Shown here piece by piece: positions 14,027 through 26,019 of a DNA stretch of 64,000 bases; the stretch's first letter is position 1, and each line of letters starts with the position of its first letter. The DNA comes from Yuukianura sp. NJ FZ-2021 (Eukaryota). The notes under the pieces are model-generated. The model saw nothing but the letters and a program-made list of their open reading frames with translations. It searched no databases and was not told where the DNA came from. The stretch is taken from contig CM102289.1 of the NCBI GenBank assembly GCA_046563655.1, positions 1,302,001 through 1,366,000 of the forward strand, written 5' to 3'. A program made the position numbers and the translations under genes.

Positions 14027-14745
14027 TCATTTGTCTTTTGCTTGGGACAAAGTAAATCCAAGTAAAACTGAGGGTTGACTTTCCGAGAATTGTCTCCTGC
14101 CATTTCCATTGTTTTCGTAACTTGAAACGTTACGTTTTTCATCAAACTTTTTTGCTTGGCTGCTACTTGCTGTTCAGCATGTTTAAGCATTTGCAGAAAT
14201 AGCCGTGCGTTGATTTCTTCTTCAGATTGTGGATCATGTCCAATAGTTTTTAAAAATTGGAGTTATCACTCTTCAAAAGAAACTTGTTTGAGATTATTTT
14301 CGCTCCAAAAAAAATTTTCAAATCCAACCTCGGCTCCGACCATATGACACACTTTTGGAGATTTTTCCACACGAAGGGTTTTTGCTCAACTGGACAATAG
14401 TTTCTGAAATGTCGCCATCCACAAATGGAAGTCTTAGTTCAGCGTGTGGAAAGCAGTTCATCTTGACGCATGCGCATAGAAAACAGGCAATGGCATCTGA
14501 ACGGTCAACAATTTTTGTTGCACGGTGACCTCGGACCTGCCCAATTCTGTAGATGGAAGCAGCCAGTCCACGGTCTGCGGCTGCCCAAACAAGTTGTTCT
14601 GAAACCCATTTGGATTGGTGGTATCCGTTGATCATTTTTTGTGGATTTACTTCCAGTGGGATTCGATCCTCCGCCGCTTCATAAGTTCCGGGTGACTTAT
14701 CCTCTACGCCATCAAACACGCCTATGGTGGACATGTAGTGCAATT
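14027..14745 (-). pseudogene. Second remnant of the NRPS-like R domain
   Basis: Near-identical to 16684-17402 (LHYMSTIGVFDGVEDK...GYHQSKWVSEQLV), with frameshifts; the A and T domains are missing. Confidence 0.88.
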
Positions 14746-14791
14746 TGAACGGTATATGCAAAAACAGTTTTGTTTTGATAAGCTCACTCGT

Positions 14792-14925
14792 CTATTGAAT
14801 TAAATTAATACATTTCAAGCCACAGAGATTAACTCCAAATAAAAATGAATCTGCGACATCCAAATAGTAGACTAGATCTGCATGATGATCAAATTCCTCC
14901 ACAATACTTGGACGTCGAATAGTCG
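14792..14925 (-). pseudogene. Terpene synthase C-terminal remnant
   Basis: Reverse complement encodes SIVEEFDHHADLVYYLDVADSFLFGVN...KCINLIQ*, homologous to the TPS C-terminus. Confidence 0.7.
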
Positions 14926-15004
14926 AAGTAATATTTTATTTGATATACAAATAAAGAATGACAAAACATGTTATTATGCTATGCTGAAACCTGTTATGTT
15001 ATTT

Positions 15005-15397
15005 TCAGTTGACTTGGCTATTTGAGGCCCAAACTGGTTGATGTGCATCGTTGTAAACGACAAAGTTAAGATCGTCTTGGAAGACCATACGATGCCCAAC
15101 TCCGTCCGTCCTCGTTGCAAATACAGCTCCATCATTGCCGTTGTAAATGACCAAGTTACCGTCCCCCTGGAACACGGCGCGGTGACCTCGGCCAGCGGTA
15201 CCCGACTCCCAGCGGGGGTTTCGGTCGTTGTCGTAAATCACCATATTTCCATCACCTTGGAAAATCAAATGCCCAGGTCCGACTCTGCATTCGTAACCGC
15301 GTTGAATGTAGTGTGGCCGATAAAAGGTACATCCGGAGTAAGCTCCAGTGATGTACACTGCGAGAACCATTCCAACGATAAACACGAATCGGCTCAT
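15005..15397 (-). CDS. Secreted bulb-type (GNA-like) mannose-binding lectin, ~130 aa
   Basis: Signal peptide MSRFVFIVGMVLAVYITGAYS and three QxDxNxVxY motifs (QGDGNMVIY, QGDGNLVIY, QDDLNFVVY). A 5' UTR intron is likely at 15398-15465. Confidence 0.92.
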   Translation of the reverse strand: MSRFVFIVGMVLAVYITGAYSGCTFYRPHYIQRGYECRVGPGHLIFQGDGNMVIYDNDRNPRWESGTAGRGHRAVFQGDGNLVIYNGNDGAVFATRTDGVGHRMVFQDDLNFVVYNDAHQPVWASNSQVN

Positions 15398-16683
15398 CTG
15401 AAACATTAGACAAAAGTTGGAATTAACATTTTTAATAAAAGTTGGGTTTTACATTGAAGCGTTACCTTTGACTTTGGCAAATAAGTTTGTTTAAAGAGTT
15501 ATTTTTTCAAAGTGATACAGCAATATTACCGTAATAGTTGAATTGCAACATGAAATAATAATAGTTGAATTACAATTCATCTCCATGTGTTTTGACTTGC
15601 TTTTATATGCAACTCATTTTATTTAAGTCCAGTGACGCTAGTTTGTATTTCAACAGCCAGACTGCTACTTGTGCGTCATCGGGATTGCATTTGCGAAATT
15701 TTTGAACTTCCCAAAACAGAGTTTTTGTAAACAGTAAACAGTAAACAATAAACGTAGCGAACCTAAGCACGTCAACAAAACAGTTCAGACGTTGATCAAG
15801 ATTTGTAAATTTATTTAACAACACTTACACCCACAAAAAGTGGGTTGAAAAGGTTATTGAAAAATCTGAGATTATAGTAGAAACACTTCTCAAGTCAAGT
15901 TTTTTTGCTAGAACGACAAAACATCAACTCATACATTTCGGAAACCAGAAGTGTGAAACATGCTCTCACACAGTCAAAAGTTCAGTATTGAAAAGAGTGT
16001 TGTGTGTGGTTGGTTCATATTAAATATTGTCACAACAATAATTATTATTTTGATGTTTTATTTTCAGTCTAGTTTTAAAATTAAAATTCGAAATATTATA
16101 ACTTGAGCTTCAGGTTCTTTTGTATATTGCAACTTATTTTTGGTTAGCAATATAAAAGTTAGAAGAAACTTTTATTTTTCAAACTTTGTTGAAATTTTGT
16201 GCAACAAAGAACGTCACGCTATTTTTTTTTCTTTTTTGTCGAAAAACTGAAAACACTGGAACTTTTAAATTCTTAGTACTCGTTTCCACCAATGACGCAA
16301 TTTGATTTACGCAAGTACAAGTTACTTAATTTAATTTCTATTTTTTCTTGGTTATGAAAAACTAAATTTCAATCGATTTTCTCATTGACCGTACAAATGT
16401 GACACGGCTACACGAAACAAAAAGTTACAGTAAAGCGAAAAAATTTATCAAAATTTTGTTTTGTAATTTTTTTTATTCAAAATTGAAAAATGAAAACGAA
16501 TACTGTTAACTGAAAGTGAAAAGCCTTTGTATTTTTAATGTATAAAATGTTAGCAGCATTTAGTACATTGGCAGAAAAATATTTCCTGAAAATCTTAAAA
16601 GCTACACATTGTTAAAGATAATCACGTGTTTAAAAATACATATTTTGAAAACACTCAAAAAGTAAGCTTAGCTGAGTTTTTTT

Positions 16684-19600
16684 TCATTTGTCTTTTGCTT
16701 GGGACAGAAGTAAATCTAAGTAAAACTGAGGGTTGACTTTCCGAAAATTTTCTCCCGCCATTTCCACTGTTTTTTCAACTTGAAAAGTCACGTTTTTCAT
16801 CAAACTTTTTTGACTGGCTGCTACTTGCTGTTCAGCGTGTTTAAGCATTTGCAAAAACAGCCATGCGTTGATTTCATCTTCAGATCGTGGTTCGTGTCCA
16901 ACAGATTTCAAAAATTCGGATTCCCACTCATCAAAAGAAACTTGCTTGAGATTATTTTCGCGCCCAAAAAATTTTCAAATCCAACGTCGGCTCCGACCAT
17001 ATGAAACACAGTTGGAGTTGATGCGCATGACGAAGGTTTTTTGCTTAGCTGGACAATAGTTTCTGAAATGTCGCCATCCACAAATGGAAGTCTAAGTTCA
17101 GCGATCGGGAAGCAGTTCATCTTGACGCATGCGCATAAAAAACAGGCAATGGCGTCTGACCGGTCAACAATTTTTGTTGCACGGTGACCTCCGACCTGCC
17201 CAATTCTGTAGATGGAAGCAGCCAGTCCACGGTCTGCGGCTGCCCAAACAAGTTGTTCTGAAACCCATTTGGATTGGTGGTATCCGTTGATCATTTTTTG
17301 TGGATTTACTTCCAGTGGGATTCGATCCTCCGCCGCTTCATAAGTTCCGGGTGACTTATCCTCTACGCCATCAAACACGCCTATGGTTGACATGAAGTGC
17401 AATTGCTTGGAACAACCTTAAAAGTAAAAACGTCAAACTAATAAAATAGCCAAATCCCACAATTTTTTCAAAAAAAAAAAGAGTGTTTTTTTTTTGTGGA
17501 ATTTCGTTTTTACCTTCTGCGGAAAATTGTAAAACGTTTTTAGTCATTTCGACTGTAGTTTCTTTGAGCTGCTCATAAGTTTTCATGAAACTGACTTCAG
17601 CCGCGGAGTGAAAAATAACGTTAACGCTGCTCATCAATTTTGAATAAACAGCATTTTCCAGTCCGAATTTCGGTTTAGCCAAATCTCCCGCCAGACAATT
17701 CACTCTCTGAAGTCCGTTTTTGAAATTTTCCAGTGAATTCTGTTCAATTTTCTTCAGTATACGTTTTCCTGCTTCTTCATCGTTTTTGGCACGAACGATC
17801 GTAAAAATTTCAGTTTCTGGGTAAGCTTTCAAAGCATCCAGTAGGAGCAGAAATCCAAAAAATCCGGTTGTTCCCGTGATTAAAATGGCGGGCTGTGAGA
17901 TTCTGGCGGGAAAATCCATCGGAAGAGCAATTTCATTTTTGAAGTCATTGAGCTTGACCTTAGCATCACCAGAAGAAAATTGATCTTGTAGCAGCGCATG
18001 TGCAAAGTCCTTGAGCACTGGAAAGCTAAACAGCAGGAGTGTGTCGACGCGTCGTAAATTTGGATCGATCATGCGTAGTTTCTGCATCACAGCAAAGGTA
18101 GCAACGGAGTTTCCTCCAATGTAGAAAAAATTGTCACGCGTGCTGATTTGATTCGTTGGAATCTCCAGTACTTCGGCCCACACGGAGCGAACAGTTCTCG
18201 TCCAATCAGATTCTTCAGAAATTTCGTCGTCAACAGACGATTTTCCAGCGAAAAACGTAAAATTTTCGCGTAACTTCATTCGATCTGTTTTTCCTGAAGG
18301 TGTTGTTGGCATTTCCTCTAGAAATTTAATCGAGCGTGGAATGGCATGGGGCTGGAGATGCTGCTGTAGAAATTCATCTAAAATGTTTGAATTTGGCTCC
18401 TTCTGGCCGGTCATCAGAGTGCAAAATCCAAAAATGTGAGTATTCCCGCCATTTTCTTTTGAAATCACCACGGCTTCTTTGATTGCCCAAAATTTGCACA
18501 GCGCAGTCTCAACTTCCCCCAGTTCGAGTCTCATTCCGTGAACTTTTATTTGCTCGTCCTTCCTTCCAGTGATATGAAGTTCTCCATTTTCTGACCAATA
18601 GCCGCAGTCACCCGTGTTGTACATCGGGGTCATGTCAAGGTCAAACGGATTGGTCGCAAATACTTGCGAGGTCAATTCGGGCTGACCGTAGTAGCCTCGC
18701 ATCACTCCAGCTCCGGCAAAATAGATGTGACCTCTGACCTCTGGAGTGGTGACCTCGTGACCTTGGTCATCCAAAATATAAATTTTGCATCCAGGAAGCG
18801 CTCGGCCAACTCTGGTCGGAATTACACCAGTTTCTTCAGTAATCTCGCACTGGGCACATATAAACATCTCGGTAGATCCGTAGATATGGTAGAGTTTGAA
18901 TTTCGCGCCGTCGAGGCGGATTCGCTGCGGATTCATCCTGGCTCCACCGAATGTCACCCACCTTAGAGTCGTCAACTTGTCAACGTCTTTGGCCACAATC
19001 ATTTCAAAAACGGGAGTCGCAAAAGTTGCCGCGATGATCCGGTTTTCGGTTATCCACGACCTGTACCGGTCAATGTCTCGTTTGATTTCGGCGGAGGGGA
19101 TGACCAAAGTGCCGCCAGATTCAAAAATTGTCCAAATGTCAGTCAGTGACGGAATAAAACTATTAGTCACCCCCATCAACCCACGCACTGACGAAGTAAA
19201 CACTTGAGGATCGAGACTGACTAATCCTCGGATACCGTTGACAATCGAACTGTCACGCACGAGCACTGCCTTAGGCGTTCCGGTTGATCCAGAGGTAAAC
19301 AGACAGTATGAAGCGCCTTCCAGTGTCGGATCGGAAGTCGACTCATCTAAAAAAAATATATTTTTTTTTGCTTGGTTAAAAAAAATTGAAATTTTTTGAA
19401 AAATTGAGCTTGAAATTATAAGAACTTCAAAAAAGTTTTTGTTACCTTTATGATGTGTGACCCCGTTTTTGAAATCGGATTGCAAGAAATCGTCAGTCAG
19501 AATCCGAAGATGAGGATATTTCCCGCCAAAGCCATTTTGAATCTTGTCCCATTTTTCTTGACTGGTGACCACAGTTGGATGCTGGAGTGATTCTAAGCAC

Positions 19601-19887
19601 TTTTGGACTTGCGTACTTGTGTAAGTGTCATGGATGACTACGACGATTTTGTTAACTGAGAGTGTCGCAAGTGAACTGACAATGTACTTCAATCCTGCGG
19701 GTAAAAGTGACACGACGAATGGATTACGACTACTTCCGAGCTCCAGCGAGTGAGCAGTCGAAGTAACGATTTTGTACAACTGCTTGTAAGAGCATGTGAT
19801 TGGTCCATCCTCGACAGCAGTATTTTCTGGATGTCGGTCCAAGTTTTTCATAAAAATCTTCCATAAAGTGTCATTCGATGATTCCAT
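16684..19887 (-). CDS. NRPS-like adenylation-thiolation-reductase (A-T-R) enzyme; introns 19347-19445 and 17417-17513; apparent -1 frameshift in the A6 run at 16966-16971
   Basis: A-domain motifs FTSGSTGTPK, IYGSTE, YNTGD, GRKDEQIKVHGMRLELGEVE and SGKTDR; carrier motif FFYIGGNS; reductase motifs ITGTTGFFG, HSAAEV and GYHQSKWVSE. Both introns are GT-AG and restore the frame. Confidence 0.9.
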
Positions 19888-20814
19888 TTTGCTTAACTTT
19901 TTCACCTAAAAACGATACAATTTTACACAAAATTTAGAATATTGTTTGACGAAGTAAAAGTTTACGTAAATACTTTCGGAAAGACGAACTTACAAAGTCG
20001 CAGTTGTAAAAAGCAGGAGTTGTGTGTAGGGCGGGTGTCACAGAAGTAATGGAAAACAAGTTGAAAGACGCACTATAGGTTGTACTACTTTTGAATTTTC
20101 TTGAAATTTTCCAAAGAGGTTTTTCTAAAACTGGATTTGAAAAGAAACCTTGTTTCATTGTTATAAAAAAGTACACATGAATTCTATTTCCATTCATATC
20201 TCAAGTTCAGTTAAAGGTCAAACCTTTTTCTTCGAAGCAGCACCGAAATAAAAATGTCGACAAAAAAGTTCAACAAGTTTTTCGTTGGAACAAAAAAAAA
20301 CACCAACTCATGCCGAAACAAACGTGTGAAGCATGTTGTCATTGCAACAAAACGTCCAGCATTGGAAACAATTTTACGGTTTGAAAAAATTTTTTACAGT
20401 AATAAATCAGGGGGGAAAATGATTGCAGGGACATTTTTGGGAATCGGGACTTATTGCCTAACTTGTTAAGGAAAAACTATTACGCTGCTACAGGAACCTT
20501 GTGGCTGATTTTGGTCGTAGATCATTGTATAAATTTTATATTACTTGAACCAAATCATGAACACCGGTTTCAACGGATTGGATTGAAAGCGGAAAATAAT
20601 TCTCAAAAAAGTAAAAGAAAAGTGTCGGCATCCAAAATTTCCCATTTCGAAATTTAATTACTTGGACTGAATTACTTCTTGGATAATAATTGTTCACAAA
20701 CTAGACGGATTATTATAAAATATATTAAAAAAAATTACATAACAGAAGAAACCGCTAAAGTATTCTAACAGTATATGTAACATAGCCAGCTGTGTTTTGA
20801 TGAGATTATCTCAT

Positions 20815-20995
20815 TTAATGAATTAATTTAATACACTTCATGCCAAAGTGTCGTCGTGACTGTGCATACATATGGTTAACTCCAAATAAAAATGAATCTG
20901 TGACATGCAAATATTTGACTAGATCGGGATGATGGTCGAATTCCTCCAACATGCTTTCACGCAGAAGCAAGTAGTCTGTATGGTCATTTACAGAT
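20815..20995 (-). pseudogene. Terpene synthase C-terminal remnant
   Basis: NDHTDYLLLRESMLEEFDHHPDLVKYLHVTDSFLFGVNHMYAQSRRH matches the end of both TPS copies. Confidence 0.85.
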
Positions 20996-21009
20996 CGGTA
21001 AAGATTGGA

Positions 21010-22395
21010 AAAAAGACGACAAAAGAAACACTTTTTAAAATTAGTATTTTGTAGTTTTAAATTTGAAATGTTTTGAATTTGAATTTGAATTCTTAGTTTC
21101 TTCCATCCACTAAAAGTTTCATCTATTTCGGGTGCATTTGTTCCAGTGGAAGTGACAATTAAACCACTGGACGTTGAAGCGTCCAGCAACACTGATGCAA
21201 TTTTATCGACTGTTTTCACTTTTCTTATATTTATTCAAGGATTTGTGTACTTCACGATTTCTAATTAACGATAACATTATGTTAACATAAAATTTACTAA
21301 ACGTAACATTGGGCTAATATCGTTGCATTACTGGTTAGCTCAACCAATTACGACAGTTTAGGTTTAGACTGTAAGGATGAGGGTGATGACATTCTGCAGT
21401 ACAATGTTTCCATAAATAGTAAGAAGATAGGCTTTGGTGTCTAAGACAAAATGAATAGTCCCAACGAAGAAGGGCGTAACTCGGATTTTGAAATTTTTTT
21501 TCCCGTGGAGACGAAAAAAGTAAACAAATTTCGCCAAAACTCGGAATCAAAAATGTCTGCAGATTTCGATTTCAAAAATGTAATTAGAAATCGCTTTAAC
21601 AAAGTATCGATAGTGCAAGTAACTTTTTTCCCTCAATATCTTCGTATTTAGCAAAGTAGCGAAAGTGCAGAGTATTTTTTCATTGTATTCACAAAAACTT
21701 TGGAAATTACTGAAATAGTTTGCGCACCCTCATTAAACTGTTGCAACTGCTTTGAAAATTTTCAATTGACATTGACGAAAGGAACTGAAAATTATTTAAG
21801 GAAGCCAATTAATCAAAGTACACATCCAATCCAGCCTCACTAAACCTAGAGAAGGGCCAAAGTGGGGAAGGGAGTTGAGAAGTCAATGTCAACTTGATTC
21901 AGAGAACTCAAGTGTTTTCTGTGAGGTCAAACTTTCGCACATCACTTCTCACAGGCGACGAACTCATATAACTTCAAATTTTCTCAAAATTTTCGAATAT
22001 GTATCTTCAATGATATTAAAAGATAAGCGAGACGACCGGAATTTAACCGTACAATATAATAATAGCTCAGCATTAAGGCGGTTTTCTAAAACAAACTCAA
22101 CGTAACCGAGTAAGCCCCGTTTTACGCGTTAATAGTGATCAAATCCTGGTCATGATATGTTCATTGGATAACCGAAACGACATCATCCAGTAGTTTCTGA
22201 GTAGTGTGGCTGGTTTTTTCCAGCGTTGCTGTAAGCTTAAACGTCCAGTGGCTTAGTTGCCACATATCCACTGGAAGAAATACACCAAAAATGTAAACTT
22301 TTAGTGGAGGTAAGAAATCAAAAATCTAGCGCGAAATTTAAAAAAAAATTAAAATTACAAAATAACATCAAAAAGAGTTTCTTTCATCGTTAAAT
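21010..22395. mobile_element. Putative non-autonomous element with long, degenerate inverted ends (~190 bp), abutting the TPS remnant
   Basis: 21010-21200 is an imperfect reverse complement of ~22210-22395 (e.g. CCACTAAAAGTTT...TTCCAGTGGA...CCACTGGACGTT). Confidence 0.5.
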
Positions 22396-23300
22396 TTAAT
22401 AATTTATTTATAAATCATACAAAAACGTTATTTCCTTCGTCTCGTACGGTAATTCGAATAGTTTAGGCTTTGTATCTAATTAATGTAAACCCTGAGGGCA
22501 ACGCTACGCCGCTTTTGGTTCATCTATTTTGTGCATTTCTTCCACTGGATATACAGCCGTGGACGAAATCTCGCAAAAGTGGATTTTTAACAACACCGGT
22601 TTTTTAAAAATAAAACCAAAAATACCTAGTTTTAGTTAAAGCCATGATTTATTTGGCTTTTCTCGGTTTAAAGTTTAAACCAACATCAAAAACTCGATAT
22701 TTCTCAGAAAATGAATCTATACTTTAGAACTATTTAATCCGTCGAAATTCCATCTACTGATTTCAGTTCCAACAGTACCTTAACAATGTGAAAAAAGCGT
22801 TAGAACAGTAATTTGGGAAAACATAAACGAGTTAGTACAAAAGAGCGAATGAATTTCATTCAAAAACAAGACTTTTCTGTTAATTCAGTATCCCCTTTTT
22901 CCCATTTACTCATGTTGGTTTAAACCTAATAAATGTGAATAAAAACCGCTCGGTTTAAATCGTGGTTTAAACCATGGTTTAGATCATGTCTCCTAAACCA
23001 AGGCCACCCTGTTTCTAATAATTAATCCGGACAGACAGATAGACATGAATAATATTATAATAACAGCGCCGCAATTACAATAATCGTAACAGCCCCACGA
23101 ACATTATAACACAGCTCGCCCAAACAGAATGACACACAGACAGACACGCGAATATCATAACATGAATCTTTTGAAAAAATTTTTGGAGATGAATTCGGTA
23201 ATTTTGTTGCCGACTCTTGTTAAATTTTGTTTACGTTTTTTCTTGGCAACGCAAGTCGTCATCGCGTTTTGAGGTACGCCATTCTTCGTCGGAGCTATAG

Positions 23301-24528
23301 AAATGTTCTCCAACTTTCATTTCAATTGGCTTCCTTGAGATCCAAAATTTTTTGGAGAATGGCGTAGAGTTGCGCAACATAAATTTACCAGCACTGCAAC
23401 ACTTGCTGGAGTTGTCACGGCAGAGAACAGCTAAACTGATTGCTTCGGTCAGGGTAAAAACAATTACTATGGTAGCCATCATGAAAAATATGAGAATGAT
23501 AATATACTGCACATTGAGTAATTTGACAAAAGTATAACAAAATACTATGAGTATTATAATTGCAGTGTACAACATAAATTGGACGACGCTTGCAAACACA
23601 TCGTTTGCAAATTTATTCATGACTTGGTGACTTGCATACATAGAACTCTGCTCGTCCAGCATTGTCTCCTTTTCCATACTTTCACTACCCAAAAAGCAAA
23701 TTTTGTTTGATATTTTTTTTTTCAAAATTTAAAAATGAAAACGAATATATTGTTACCTCAATTTTTGAAGCCACAGACGGGTTGCATTTGTGTATATTAG
23801 GGCACAGTAACAAAAGAGGAGCACAGCATATGCTCCATTGACATATGAAAATGACAAGAGTACCGCAAACACTGAACGTACAATGTTAACAATAAGTCTG
23901 CTAGGCTCTACTCCAAAACAATATAGCAGTATTGTTTGGATTATAAAATAATATGCTTGACTAATTTCGTTGTCCATTAGGACAAAAAATATTATAGCTG
24001 CCGGTATGAAAAGTGGTCGGCCATAAATGAATAAATTGAAGATTGATTTTATCACAACTTCATATCCATCCTTTGCCTTCGAATTTAGTGAAACGTTGTA
24101 AGATTTGACTAAAAGACAAAAAATGACTCTAAAAAATTTTATACTGATTGGAATTTTGAATGATGAAACTCACGCAGTGCATTATAGAATCTTATGAATG
24201 TTGAAAGTACTGATGAAATTTGATGTCTGAATTTAAAATGCCAAATTTGCATTCCACACAACAATATGGCGAGAGTAATTAATCCAATCATAAACACAAA
24301 CTCCGCTTTTTCATGTCGTAGAAGTACAGCAACAGTAGTGAACATTAGAGCACCGATGAAATTCATTGCAAGACTCGCAGCCGTAACTACCTTGGAAATA
24401 ATTTTGTTCTTACTGTTAATCACTATTAACTCTTTGCCTTGCTTTACAATTTTAAAATTGTACGCCTTCCACTTGTAACCATCCTCCAATAGTTTTAGTG
24501 TATATTTCCATGTCGTTTTTGATAGCAT
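23301..24528 (-). pseudogene. Chemoreceptor-like multi-TM gene, copy A (inverted, lacks the conserved last TM segment)
   Basis: Three exons homologous to copies B-F. Homology breaks after MKVGEHF, so the family C-terminus VLDTKAYLLTIYGDIVLQNV is absent. Confidence 0.75.
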
Positions 24529-26019
24529 TTTCAACTGCGTTCAATATGCTGCAATTGAAATGCTTTGCTATTAGCGGTATTTTGGTATATCGACACGTCG
24601 ATTCCTAAGATGATTGTACTTATTTAACTATCACCTAGAGTAGTATGTACTATAAAACCCAGCTCCTAAAATGAAACTACTTCAATGGTATTGCTCATAA
24701 GCAGGTTATATCATAATTCCAAAGTCAATTTCCTGTTATTTGACATTATCAAATTTTGACGAAGTAGGAATTCAGCGAAATGAAAAGTTTAGCATAAAAT
24801 ATGAAACTGGAAATTAAATTTTGTGTTTCCTGTTTTGTGTTTAGGGTTTGGACTACGTTTTAATTCCGTCTGGACGAGTTCTGGATGCGGGAAGTTTGTT
24901 GGTAGTTTTGGTTTCCATGGAAACAAATGTAATTGGCAAGACTTTCCGTGTTTGCATTGAAAAATTTACGGAGTTCTTCTTTAAACCCAAGGTAAATAGA
25001 ATACTTATAGGTACGGTCCTTTAAAATTGTTTTTTCAAAACCGAGTTGCTATGGGATTTTTTCACTCCGAGTTCACTCATCTACAGTGTTGTTCAACATT
25101 TTCATCATTTTAGTCTCAATACTTTCGCCGCAAACTTAAAAATAGCTTAAAAACTCGGATGAACCTGTATTTTCACTCGGAGTGACGTCACTCTGAGTGA
25201 AATTGTAAACAAATAAAGAATCGGTTTTGGTCGCTAAGGCATTTTTGCCGCCCCCTGCTTTAAACCGAACTTTTTCATTTAGTTTTAAACCCCAATATTT
25301 ATAACCTTTAAAAAAAAATTATTAAAAAAAAACTTCATGTTCATGTTTTATCGTCATTCAATTCTATCCGAGACCAACAGCTTTTGTGTATATTGCGTGA
25401 CCCCTTAGTGACCTCTGCACGGGTCAAAGGTCAACTCCTTAATTCTACCGTGCATAACACCATAGTGGGTTATAATTCATAATAATGTGGTTGTGTGACT
25501 AGCCTTTTGCGAATGCAGCGCCTTCTTTCGCTACTTAAGTATACCGGTTGACAACATTTTTTTAAGTGCTTCCTTTTAAATACTTTTAATTGGTTTTTAC
25601 ACTCCGGCATCAAATATTTTGCATTTGAAAATTTAAATACTCGGACTAATTTTTTATACCTAACACTTGAACAAAGAAAAGATTCACAAAAAATATTTAA
25701 AAAAAAATGCTTGTGTGTCCTTGGCACACGCACACTTTCATCTGTCAAGTGAGAATGTGGAATGACTAGATATTTTCATAAGAGTCCTTCAATATGTACA
25801 AATATCAATTCACATTGTGGTTTGTGGAGATAAAGCAAAAAATAACCTTGCAATTGAATTTTTGTCATTGTCCAAAACCACTTCAACTGGACACAGGACC
25901 GCTTGGCCTACAAATCAGCTTTGCCAGTAACATTTTGAAACTTTGTGTTTCATCTTGCAAGATTTTAGACGAAAAGGGATTACAAATAAACCAAATTTCA
26001 TTTTTGGTGTATTTTTAAA

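Noticed and set aside
16684..19887. Lys2 alpha-aminoadipate reductase or Ebony
   Set aside because: It lacks the Lys2 N-terminal extension and HDP motif, and Ebony has no NAD(P)H reductase domain, so no gene symbol was assigned.
470..19887. Bacterial or fungal contamination explaining the TPS, NRPS and lectin genes
   Set aside because: The genes carry host-style short introns and are interleaved with animal-type membrane-anchored UGTs and animal transposons.
24985..25200. Segment with an inverted copy at ~56020-56230 containing TGACGTCA
   Set aside because: It looks like an ordinary dispersed repeat fragment; ends and TSD could not be defined and a regulatory role is unsupported.
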